IMG/VR virus record: IMGVR_UViG_3300009111_000009
Coordinates: 1 to 38,902 of that record
Length of the DNA stretch: 38,902 bases
Reading direction: 5' to 3' (one strand)
DNA from: a virus
Lineage: Duplodnaviria; Caudoviricetes
Shown: in pieces, positions 19,125 through 26,690 of the stretch
How positions within the stretch are numbered: the first letter of the stretch is position 1
Layout: every line of letters begins with the position of its first letter
Notes under the pieces: model-generated
Seen by the model: the letters and a program-made list of their open reading frames with translations, nothing else
Database searches by the model: none
What the model was told of the DNA's origin: nothing
Made by a program: the position numbers and the translations under genes

Positions 19125-20857
19125 GTCCACCCCGCAGAAGATGGTTTCTTTCTACCAAACAATCCGGTTTTGTTTACCCTAGTGTTAAACCCTGCTGATA
19201 CCGCATAAGGCAAATTCTTTGCCACGTAAAATCCAATAGCAATACTGATAACCCTGTCGTCAAAAGTTCCGGGGTCAGCTCCACGCTTTCCATCTTGCTG
19301 GACCTTGAAGTTAAGCATTTCGTCGAATGTTTCAGAGCATCTGACTCCGCAACCTTCTTGGGAAACCATTTCCACCAGATTATCCAAGATTAAGTCCCGG
19401 CTTTTCTTACTTGTTACCCATCCGAAACGCTTCCTCGGTTTATTCGGGAAGTCGGGAACGGTTTCAACATAAATGTAGGGATATTCCATCTCGATCAACC
19501 GCTCGATCACCGTTTGTCCATGGTTGTTCTTTTCCGGAACAATCCAGCCGTTGTTGTATCTCATGCCGACGTGGAAGAGCAGGGTGGCAAACTGCGATGG
19601 GGACATCTTCCCGTGGAAGTGAGCCACCTGAACATTGGTTGTATGGTCGATAACGTCGATGCTATCGAAGTCCCCATGGGACAAACCCTCCGCCACGTCG
19701 GCGGAAATGACGTATGGTCGGCCTGCAACCGGTTCTTCCCACACCTTGAACGGTCCGTCCGCATTAGCGGTGAACTGGCCGATCTCCAACAGGCAGTCAT
19801 ACCGCGCCAATGGCTTAACGCAACGGTCCTTGAGAAACATAACCCGCCCGATGTCGAACGCGGGGGTTCCAGATCCGATAAAAGCGGCTTTGGCGTTCGG
19901 CGGATACTCCTGGTCCCGCTTGTTTTTGTCGCCATTGCACTTGTTCGCCAGCACCCAGCGATACCAGTAGAGCTGATCGTCTTCCAGATTGTACGTCAGG
20001 ACCAGCTTTTCCTCCTCTTCCGTCCGCTTAAATCCATCCGGAGGGGTCATTTTGTACCGCTTGAATACAAACCAAGGGATGAAGACCGCCGAATATTCGT
20101 TGTTCTCGTCAGCGTTTTCATTGATCTTCACGCGCCACTTAGCCTCGTGGTGCTCGTCCAGATAGATCTCATACACATAGCGGGAGTTGTAAAAACCGTT
20201 GTAGAACTCCCCGCCCAAACCCTTGGCCGTGCTCTCGATGATAACGGCGGTGTTCTTCTCCCTCGGCACCGGCTGGGCCAGGGAGATGAAGAGATCCTTC
20301 TGGTTTTCCATGGGGAATTTAGCGAACTCGGACAGGTGGAGGAAGTGGATACCCTGTCCGGAACCGAAGTCCTTGACGCCAGCAGTGCCGACGCGGATGG
20401 CGGAATCCAGACCGGTCCCCTCCTCGTTGTTGAACTGAATCATCTTGGCGTTGTTCTTTTTGGTGACAGGTTTGAATTCGCTGGGAAGGTGCTGGTAATA
20501 CCGCTTTTGCATCTCAAAGAGAAATTCCGTCGCGGCGGGTTCGTGTGTAACGAGGACAGCGTTCTTGTTCGGCCAGACAGAGGTTCGATGGAAGATCTTG
20601 CCGGTAGCCCAGGTGGATATTCCCTCCCGCCTTGCCTTCAAGACATACATCCTGACGACACGTCCGGAGTCGGTGATGTCTTTCCAGATCTCCTCAAGGA
20701 GGAGCTGGACTTCGTTCAGTTTGAAGGGGATAAGTCGGCTGTCTTCAGTCTGGACCTTCAGACAGTGTTCGGCGTAATAGGGGAATTCCTTGGCGCATCG
20801 TTCGTAATGCAACTCAAGTTCGTTGAGCTGTTCCTGTGTTAAGGCGGCTTTAGCCAC
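19121..20857 (-). CDS. terL: Terminase large subunit
   Basis: Walker A VLKARREGIST, Walker B FLHLSE, coupling motif IIESTAKG, nuclease ISADVAEG and DDRVIS. Confidence 0.95.
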   Translation of the reverse strand: MAKAALTQEQLNELELHYERCAKEFPYYAEHCLKVQTEDSRLIPFKLNEVQLLLEEIWKDITDSGRVVRMYVLKARREGISTWATGKIFHRTSVWPNKNAVLVTHEPAATEFLFEMQKRYYQHLPSEFKPVTKKNNAKMIQFNNEEGTGLDSAIRVGTAGVKDFGSGQGIHFLHLSEFAKFPMENQKDLFISLAQPVPREKNTAVIIESTAKGLGGEFYNGFYNSRYVYEIYLDEHHEAKWRVKINENADENNEYSAVFIPWFVFKRYKMTPPDGFKRTEEEEKLVLTYNLEDDQLYWYRWVLANKCNGDKNKRDQEYPPNAKAAFIGSGTPAFDIGRVMFLKDRCVKPLARYDCLLEIGQFTANADGPFKVWEEPVAGRPYVISADVAEGLSHGDFDSIDVIDHTTNVQVAHFHGKMSPSQFATLLFHVGMRYNNGWIVPEKNNHGQTVIERLIEMEYPYIYVETVPDFPNKPRKRFGWVTSKKSRDLILDNLVEMVSQEGCGVRCSETFDEMLNFKVQQDGKRGADPGTFDDRVISIAIGFYVAKNLPYAVSAGFNTRVNKTGLFGRKKPSSAGWT

Positions 20858-20913
20858 GGGTTTCTCCTGATTGCAGGTATCCCCCCTCCTTGTAGCCTCG
20901 CCGCCTTAAGGTG

Positions 20914-20938
20914 AGTTATCCGGAAATTCCGGATAACT
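20914..20938. repeat. Perfect 25-bp palindrome
   Basis: AGTTATCCGGAA-A-TTCCGGATAACT. Confidence 0.9.
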
Positions 20939-21075
20939 GATAGTGCCGGTCTGTTCCCGGCTGTCAAGTACCCACTGTTACACCCGTATCTCTGAACACA
21001 TGGGGGTCCATAGGACTTGGGCCATGTGCAGTTCCCTAATTACTAGGCCACCGGTTAAGGGAGGGACACTACTCA
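20938..21075 (-). ncRNA. C4 antisense RNA-like ncRNA
   Basis: 3' end TGACAGCCGGGAACAGACCGGCAC matches the recalled C4/CI signature UGACAGCCGG-GAAAGA-CCGGC. Closing stem TAGT/ACTA, internal stems TCCCT/AGGGA and CACATGG/CCATGTG. Confidence 0.6.
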
Positions 21076-21090
21076 CCCGTCAATCCCTTC

Positions 21091-21229
21091 GTTGAGCGGA
21101 CCGGACTCGATACCGGCTAGGGGGTTCTCACCCTGACTCTAACCCCCGGCTTCGCCACGCTGCGTTCAGGTTTAGCGCGTGATCTACTCTACTTCACCGC
21201 CTGCGTGTCCTTCCACGCCGCCGCTCAAC
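21091..21229 (-). ncRNA. tRNA-like RNA with an expanded central region
   Basis: 9-bp acceptor-like stem GTTGAGCGG/CCGCTCAAC, D-like arm GCGTG-GAAGGA-CACGC, T-like arm GCCGG-TATCGAGT-CCGGT; no canonical anticodon loop. Confidence 0.7.
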
Positions 21230-21231
21230 CG

Positions 21232-21474
21232 TCAACAACCCTTCTTTCCTCTGGTAACAATGCCGCCCTTCTTGTATCCCTTGACCGGTTGCGGTTTCGG
21301 TGGTGGCGGTTTGTTCCCGCCGACGGCAGACTTTACCTTGTCCACAACCTTCGCCCCAAAAGTCTTGGCGGCCTGGACTGGCGGACTTGGTGGTGATGAC
21401 GGTTTGCTCCCGCCCAACGTGCTGTTAAGTTTGTCCAATGGATTTGCGAGTCCCATAATCTTCTCCTTCTTCAT
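21232..21474 (-). CDS. Small basic Pro/Lys-rich protein ending GYKKGGIV
   Basis: Start likely at MGLANP (GGAGA RBS); disordered composition. Confidence 0.6.
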   Translation of the reverse strand: MKKEKIMGLANPLDKLNSTLGGSKPSSPPSPPVQAAKTFGAKVVDKVKSAVGGNKPPPPKPQPVKGYKKGGIVTRGKKGC

Positions 21475-21874
21475 CCAGCCACTTGATATCTTTCTCTTCT
21501 ACTCCTGCCTCAACCCCCGAGGAAAGCCCGAACCTGCCACCGGCAAAGGTACACAGCCTACCGATCCTCGGGATTTCCTTTTTGTTGGTAGTCTTCAACA
21601 GGATGCCGTAATATTCATACCTTCCTCGCCAGCTTTCATGAAAGTCCACGATCTCAACCAACCGATAATCCCTAGCCTTATAGCCAACCGTGATGACCAC
21701 CTTGTCACCGGGGGCATGTTTGGGCACCTGTACTGTCTTGTCCTTCTTGCTCCTGTGTTTCAACTCCTGCCGCTCTTCTTGCGCTCTGTGACGTACCGAC
21801 CGGAACTTGTCGTCTCCAATCCCCCACTGGCTATGTCCTATGCCTATCGACCTGTCCACGACTGGGGCCTGCAT
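21425..21874 (-). CDS. Hypothetical protein
   Basis: 149 aa ORF abutting the upstream gene. Confidence 0.55.
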   Translation of the reverse strand: MQAPVVDRSIGIGHSQWGIGDDKFRSVRHRAQEERQELKHRSKKDKTVQVPKHAPGDKVVITVGYKARDYRLVEIVDFHESWRGRYEYYGILLKTTNKKEIPRIGRLCTFAGGRFGLSSGVEAGVEEKDIKWLDEEGEDYGTRKSIGQT

Positions 21875-22063
21875 TCAGTACCCCCTCCGCTTCTTCGACG
21901 CCTGCCGCGTTGTGATACCGTGCTGCTGGGCGTATTCCTTGTTGGTGGGTTTCCTGTTGCGGACCTTGACTATACCAGATGGCTTGCCAATAACATTGCC
22001 CCTCTGGCCATCCGGGATAATATCGCCTGCCGTATAGACGCCTGCATTCGGTTCGAATCTCAT
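21875..22063 (-). CDS. Small basic protein (HGITTRQASKKRR)
   Basis: ATGA overlap with the upstream gene. Confidence 0.6.
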   Translation of the reverse strand: MRFEPNAGVYTAGDIIPDGQRGNVIGKPSGIVKVRNRKPTNKEYAQQHGITTRQASKKRRGY

Positions 22064-22221
22064 TTTTTGGTTTTCCTCTCGGGCAGCTTCTTCTTGCTGC
22101 CAGTATCGGCTTTGTTGAACTCCTTGGCCACCTTGACCGGGATGCCCAGCTTCTTGGCGAAGGCTGGATTGTGCGCTGCTGCGCCCATGGTACGTTTTTG
22201 TGCTTTAGATACTGACGGCAT
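22060..22221 (-). CDS. Conserved 53-aa basic phage protein
   Basis: Not in ORF track. MPSVSKAQKRTMGAAAHNPAFAKKLGIPVKVAKEF matches a widespread small phage family; AAAGGAG RBS. Confidence 0.85.
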   Translation of the reverse strand: MPSVSKAQKRTMGAAAHNPAFAKKLGIPVKVAKEFNKADTGSKKKLPERKTKK

Positions 22222-22486
22222 AACGTGCTCCTTTATCTGTGTCCAATCTCTCCAATCCCCTATGGCTCATCCATTCAGCCATCTTAACTTTACTTCCCCA
22301 ACATCCTAGAGGCATATTCTTGCGGATATGCCGTACCAGCTCCATCAAACACGCCTGATGATCGGAGTCCGCACGGTCGAAAGCGCCCAGCAGATCGTTG
22401 CAGAGGACTGCTTCCAGAAAGCCGCCCACCGGCTGGCCGTGTTCGACGTACATCTTAAGCGAGTGTATCGTGTGTTCTGGGATCAT
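22205..22486 (-). CDS. Conserved hypothetical phage protein
   Basis: G.P.GGFL.AVL.NDL..A..RAD...P..CWGS motif. Confidence 0.75.
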   Translation of the reverse strand: MIPEHTIHSLKMYVEHGQPVGGFLEAVLCNDLLGAFDRADSDHQACLMELVRHIRKNMPLGCWGSKVKMAEWMSHRGLERLDTDKGARYAVSI

Positions 22487-22497
22487 AGTGCCCCCCC

Positions 22498-23313
22498 CTA
22501 TATGACCGCGTATTGTTTGTGGATGGTCCCTTTATTCGGGTCTCCAACCACGCAGGGTTGTATCCAGATATTGTCTTTTGGCAATCTCCTGATATGTCCC
22601 CGCCTCAAGTGCTGACGGGGTGAGGCGTGTGTACCGCCGAGATAAACCCCTTTACTACTTACCATCGCCCGTGTGTCCACAACCAGCATCTTTGTTTCAT
22701 AGAAAGGGAGTTTGCCTTCGCTAATTCGTTTGCCGTTTTTGGTCGAGGCATCCTGGTAGTTGGTTGTCGAGACATTACGGCAAGAGAGAGCTTCCAAGAG
22801 TTCTATTACGGCTGAAATATACACCGTAGCCATACCCGCTACATCAGTTTTCTTCTCGACTATTTTTTTGATAGTCGGAAACAATATTGCATAGGAATCT
22901 GTTTTCACCATGCCTACTTTTGTTATGCCCTCTGTTATCCATGCCGCGATTGGACATGGTAGCCATAAATTGCAATCATCCTTCCAGTATGATGCGCCTG
23001 TTACTGTAACTCCACCAGCAGTCTCATTCTGGTAAGCTAATGCAACATACTTTGCTTGGTATCTATCTGACCAGTATTCCACGGTAATTTTAGGGTAGGG
23101 CAAATTAAAGTCCTTGCCCAGGAGCCCGGCACCGCCACCCCCTAACAAAGAGCATCCATCAGGCACAACGAAATGCACCGAATCCCTTATTAAGTCCGCA
23201 ACACCATTGAAATTTTTTATTTCTCTTGGATCAAATTGGAGTTTAGGAGACATCTCTACCGCCTTCCTGAGTGAAGCCTCCGCCTGCGCCGCATAATTCT
23301 TCGCCGTTATCAT
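22498..23313 (-). CDS. Conserved hypothetical phage protein with HxRRGHxR C-terminus
   Basis: GTHASPRQHLRRGHIRRL...IWIQPCVVG; more AT-rich than its neighbours. Confidence 0.75.
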   Translation of the reverse strand: MITAKNYAAQAEASLRKAVEMSPKLQFDPREIKNFNGVADLIRDSVHFVVPDGCSLLGGGGAGLLGKDFNLPYPKITVEYWSDRYQAKYVALAYQNETAGGVTVTGASYWKDDCNLWLPCPIAAWITEGITKVGMVKTDSYAILFPTIKKIVEKKTDVAGMATVYISAVIELLEALSCRNVSTTNYQDASTKNGKRISEGKLPFYETKMLVVDTRAMVSSKGVYLGGTHASPRQHLRRGHIRRLPKDNIWIQPCVVGDPNKGTIHKQYAVI

Positions 23314-24149
23314 GATGCATCCCCTATCAACGCCAGATCTGGTTCCCTCCCGTAAAACAACGCCAATCTTGCCAAACCTTTTGGGGTGAGCCGTACCTGC
23401 TCACTAATCGCCTCGCTTCCATCCGGAAGCTGGTATGTGCCAACCTTGTGCTCCACCCACCCTTGAGTTACTTTTTCGGAGCGCCCCAGCCAATTTTTGT
23501 TTCCCTGTCGCCTGTAGATACAACGGAGGGTCGTTGACAGATCCCTGATCAATTTTTTCCGTGTTATCTGAAGCGCCTTAGAAGTTTCGGTAAGATTCAG
23601 GGAACCATCAGCTAGGGAGATCCGCCGCAAAGCTTCCGCTTGCGGAACAAGCGCTGCATTCTCGGCTTGAAGCGTTATGACCTTCTCCGAGTATGTCAAA
23701 AGCAGACCACGCATCGCCACCGGATCATTAAGGGCCTGCATAGGGTCAATAGCGGCTTGCTTCGCTCTCCGCTCGCAGGCGATGAAGTATATCCGCGCCT
23801 TTTTGCCTTGGTCGTTCCGCTCAACCATGGAGATTTCTTTCGCCATGTCGAGGGCGAGAGCGTATTCAATTGATGGCCGACCCCCAGCAGAGTTTTCCAT
23901 AATTTTATGGAAAACTATAAAGTCCTGATTTTCCACGAAACCGTATTGAGCGATACGATCTTTAATCCAGGTCGAGAAATCCTGCTTGCTCCCTAAAAAC
24001 TCATGCAGCTTTCGAGCGTCCACCGTCTGAACACCCTCATCCCCAATCCTCCGCGTTTCCACAGGGATCAGCTCGTGGCTTTCCGTGCTCTCCTGCCTGT
24101 TGAACTCTATCTCTGTCTGCGGGTTTTCATCCATGTTCAACCACTTCAT
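23310..24149 (-). CDS. ant: Antirepressor (AntA/AntB N-terminal plus KilAC/ANT C-terminal domain)
   Basis: VDARKLHEFL...DFSTWIKDRI..YGF.ENQDF, GGRPSIEY...DMAKEISMVERN..GK.AR.YFI.CE; C-terminal QVRLTPKG. Confidence 0.9.
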   Translation of the reverse strand: MKWLNMDENPQTEIEFNRQESTESHELIPVETRRIGDEGVQTVDARKLHEFLGSKQDFSTWIKDRIAQYGFVENQDFIVFHKIMENSAGGRPSIEYALALDMAKEISMVERNDQGKKARIYFIACERRAKQAAIDPMQALNDPVAMRGLLLTYSEKVITLQAENAALVPQAEALRRISLADGSLNLTETSKALQITRKKLIRDLSTTLRCIYRRQGNKNWLGRSEKVTQGWVEHKVGTYQLPDGSEAISEQVRLTPKGLARLALFYGREPDLALIGDAS

Positions 24150-24187
24150 AGCTTCCCCCCTTTACAGTGTTGACTTCGCCCTCGCCT

Positions 24188-24484
24188 TTACTCCTCCTCT
24201 TTCCATCCCTCCGGGTCCATCTTGGTAATCGGCAACCACGGCACTCCATCCAAAAGCCCAGGTTGTTCGTCGCCCAAATCAATCCGCTGCTTCGCCTTCC
24301 ACAGTTCACGCCTCTTGACGATCACCGGCAGGGTCGTAATCCCTTTCAGGCTCAACAGGCTGTTCAGGTGACTTTCGTTTCTGGACAGATATGGACCGAA
24401 TCTGATCTGGCCGTCCACAACCAGATAGAACGCCGGGACCATCTCGTCCCCTCGCGGCTTCTTATACGTCCTGACTCTCGACAT
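24188..24484 (-). CDS. Hypothetical protein
   Basis: 98 aa with GAGGAG RBS. Confidence 0.6.
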   Translation of the reverse strand: MSRVRTYKKPRGDEMVPAFYLVVDGQIRFGPYLSRNESHLNSLLSLKGITTLPVIVKRRELWKAKQRIDLGDEQPGLLDGVPWLPITKMDPEGWKEEE

Positions 24485-24812
24485 CTTCGCTCCTCAATAA
24501 TTCGAACAGTAAGCCATGGGCATTGAAGACGATTGCGCAGAGAGAGTCATGTATGCTCTCCGTCATTTCCTCCTGGTAGCCCTGATTCCACAGCCACACG
24601 TCCATGTAGTGCCGGTGAAGGGAGCCCACATAGCTATCAACCGGTATCCCCTTCTTCCAGTTGTCCGGATCTCGCACACTTCCGTCCGGGCAAAGGCGGT
24701 GCGTTTGCAAATATTCGGCGCATCTCTTCATCACCCGTGAGTCGAAGAAACGGTCGAAAGCCATTTTCTCCCCACTCGCGGACCTGATCGCGCCAGTAGA
24801 GAAAGTCTTCAT
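24462..24812 (-). CDS. DUF5664-like dATP/dGTP diphosphohydrolase domain protein
   Basis: FSTGAIR, DNWKKGIP, SLHRH, LCAIVFN motifs; family-typical start MKTFSTG at 24812. Confidence 0.7.
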   Translation of the reverse strand: MKTFSTGAIRSASGEKMAFDRFFDSRVMKRCAEYLQTHRLCPDGSVRDPDNWKKGIPVDSYVGSLHRHYMDVWLWNQGYQEEMTESIHDSLCAIVFNAHGLLFELLRSEDVESQDV

Positions 24813-25308
24813 CAACTCGCTCGGGCTTGACGGGTTTGGGTCGTTTCTTTTCGTATCTGGCATCGCTGACCCGCTTACAGATCCGGCAGAATCCGAATGG
24901 CGTTGTGTTTTCTGGCGTTCGTTCATGACCTCTCCTGCAAAACTGTCTTCTGGGCATGGGTTTCTTGGCGAGGCGTCGTTCCGTTTGGCAGAGAGCGCAC
25001 AGTCCTCCCCCGGTCGAACTCTTCTTGGTCGTATTCTCCTTGGTCGCCGGATGGAGGTCGGGATGATCGCAGAGCCGAGGGTTGACAGCTTTCAGCGCCG
25101 CGTATTCCGCTATCCGCTGTTCTTTGGATTTCCCCGTCCGCTTTCTCTTCCGTACCCTCTTGAGCAGCATTTCCTTTTTGGCCTGCATGTCGATCTCGTT
25201 GCAGATCGCGCATCGTGCAAACTGTAAGTTGTCCGGAGTCAGGGGGTGTCCCCTGTCACAGTGGGTCCGGTTATGTAAATGCTTCTCTCCGGGCTTGGTT
25301 TTCCTCAT
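24637..25308 (-). CDS. Basic protein with three C-x2-GH...T.EN...CxxC zinc fingers
   Basis: HCDRGHPLTPDN..CAIC, CDHPDLHPATKENT..CALC, FCRRGHERTPENT..CRIC. Confidence 0.7.
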   Translation of the reverse strand: MRKTKPGEKHLHNRTHCDRGHPLTPDNLQFARCAICNEIDMQAKKEMLLKRVRKRKRTGKSKEQRIAEYAALKAVNPRLCDHPDLHPATKENTTKKSSTGGGLCALCQTERRLAKKPMPRRQFCRRGHERTPENTTPFGFCRICKRVSDARYEKKRPKPVKPERVDEDFLYWRDQVREWGENGFRPFLRLTGDEEMRRIFANAPPLPGRKCARSGQLEEGDTG

Positions 25309-25567
25309 ATCTCATCTCCGCCCAGTCCTGTCTAAGTCCGGACAGGATACGGACCTCTATCTCGTGGAAGTCTCGGGAGGACATGATCTGGGTGATCTCG
25401 GTCTCGTTGTGGCAATCGCAAACCAGATAGATCTCGTTGATCTGGATGTCCTCCGGCTCGTCCGGATCAAGGAGGAGTCCATGCTCCCTGGTCCCCCTGT
25501 GCGAACGCAGGTAGTCGTAATCGACCAGCAGCGTCAATCCCTTGTAGATAACTCCGCTACGCGCCAT
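25271..25567 (-). CDS. Small acidic hypothetical protein
   Basis: TAATG coupling to the upstream gene; DPDEPEDIQI motif. Confidence 0.65.
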   Translation of the reverse strand: MARSGVIYKGLTLLVDYDYLRSHRGTREHGLLLDPDEPEDIQINEIYLVCDCHNETEITQIMSSRDFHEIEVRILSGLRQDWAEMRYEENQARREAFT

Positions 25568-25743
25568 TACAGTTTCTCCAGCCACGTAGAGGGTTCTCCC
25601 TCGTCATGCCTGCCGACACGCCAGAAGTACACATCTGCTAGGGCGAACGTTCGTCCGCAGCAATCGCAGGTGACGGTCTTCCCGCTCGGGCGGCCATCAT
25701 GGATGCCGAGGAAGCAGGCTATCTTCCGAAGTATCGTGTTCAT
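25567..25743 (-). CDS. Small Zn-binding protein (CFLGIH...CDCCG)
   Basis: ATGA overlap with the upstream gene at 25740-25743. Confidence 0.65.
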   Translation of the reverse strand: MNTILRKIACFLGIHDGRPSGKTVTCDCCGRTFALADVYFWRVGRHDEGEPSTWLEKL

Positions 25744-25934
25744 AACCCCTCGCTGGTGTTCCTCATTTTGTTCACTGCGAACGCGATTACCGTGAAAGCA
25801 CATGCGGCCAGCTCCTTCTTTTCGTCCCTCCGGACCATGTACAGGGCACACATCGGCGTACATCCGCCTGCCTGGAAGGGGCAGGCCATCATCTCTGTCG
25901 TGTTCTTGTTGAAAGCGATGTCGAAATATTCCAT
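25740..25934 (-). CDS. Small Cys protein (CPF...C...CALY...CA)
   Basis: RBS AAAGGA; Cys spacing. Confidence 0.6.
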   Translation of the reverse strand: MEYFDIAFNKNTTEMMACPFQAGGCTPMCALYMVRRDEKKELAACAFTVIAFAVNKMRNTSEGL

Positions 25935-25938
25935 GGGG

Positions 25939-26352
25939 CTATCCTTTCAGTTGGAAGTGCATCGGATCTGGGGTGTGCCACGTCCCTCCCCAGTCGAAGC
26001 CTGCATCGGTAAAGCATCTGACGAGTTCAGGCGGCTGGGCAGAGGGCTCTCCCATCGGGTTGAGAGCGGCGTTGATATCTACTGCGACTCCCCACGAGTG
26101 GAGGGACATGCTGTTGCCGTGTCTCATTTTGCGAATATTGGTGCAGCCGTCGTAAGTCTTGAGCTGGTGGGAGAGTCCTCTGTCGAGGATGTTGTGCAGG
26201 GCGGTATTAAGCGGTATCGCCATATCTATGTTGCAGTAGATGGAGGAGGGGAGCCGTAGGGACTTGAGTTCGGGTGGTACGTGGTACACTGTCCGGTTGA
26301 GAGCGGCGTAGGGATCGCCGTAGCGCTTGAAACATTCGTCGGAAGTGAGCAT
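25939..26352 (-). CDS. M15-family metallopeptidase, probable endolysin
   Basis: SLHSWGVAVDIN and WGGTW...DPMHFQ zinc-binding motifs. Confidence 0.9.
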   Translation of the reverse strand: MLTSDECFKRYGDPYAALNRTVYHVPPELKSLRLPSSIYCNIDMAIPLNTALHNILDRGLSHQLKTYDGCTNIRKMRHGNSMSLHSWGVAVDINAALNPMGEPSAQPPELVRCFTDAGFDWGGTWHTPDPMHFQLKG

Positions 26353-26368
26353 TCGTTGTCCTTTCTGT

Positions 26369-26660
26369 GAAAAATCGGGAGAAAAAATTTTGACGGAAAG
26401 AAAAAAATTGGATCACGGAAAAATGGGTTCGGCGTCAGTCTCCTGTTACGATAAGATATAGTTGCTACGGCACCACCCTCTTGTAGCAGGGGTAGGGGGG
26501 GGTGGCATCCAGGGACCAGGGACCAGGGCAGGGCCAGGAGCTGGGAGCTGGGAGCTGGGAGCCGGGGCAACTGTGAGCGCTACGCTTGCCGGGCAACTCC
26601 TTGACAATGATGTGACCACGAAATATAAAGAACAGTGAATCCAAGTACTTAAAACAATTA
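26369..26660. other. Candidate packaging initiation / genome terminus region
   Basis: Non-coding, just downstream of terS. Phased A-tracts (26369-26425), G8 run, tandem heptamers CCAGGGA and GGAGCTG (26509-26565), IHF-like ATCCAAgtacTTA near 26640. Confidence 0.55.
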
Positions 26661-26690
26661 TTAACTACTTACAATCATCACAGTCACATA

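Noticed and set aside
19514-20842. 442-aa plus-strand ORF, and similar ones at 17700-18602, 21179-22309 and 1122-1805
   Set aside because: Antisense shadows of well-supported minus-strand genes; no recognisable motifs.
21091-21229. Canonical tRNA, intron-containing tRNA or tmRNA
   Set aside because: No anticodon loop, 8-nt T loop, no CCA, insert too short for a group I intron, and no tag ORF.
24462-24812. Evidence for a modified-base (Z or 7-deazaguanine) genome
   Set aside because: DUF5664-like genes also occur without such pathways; no purZ, dpdA or que genes in the window.
26509-26565. CRISPR array
   Set aside because: Heptamer tandem repeats without spacers; no cas genes.
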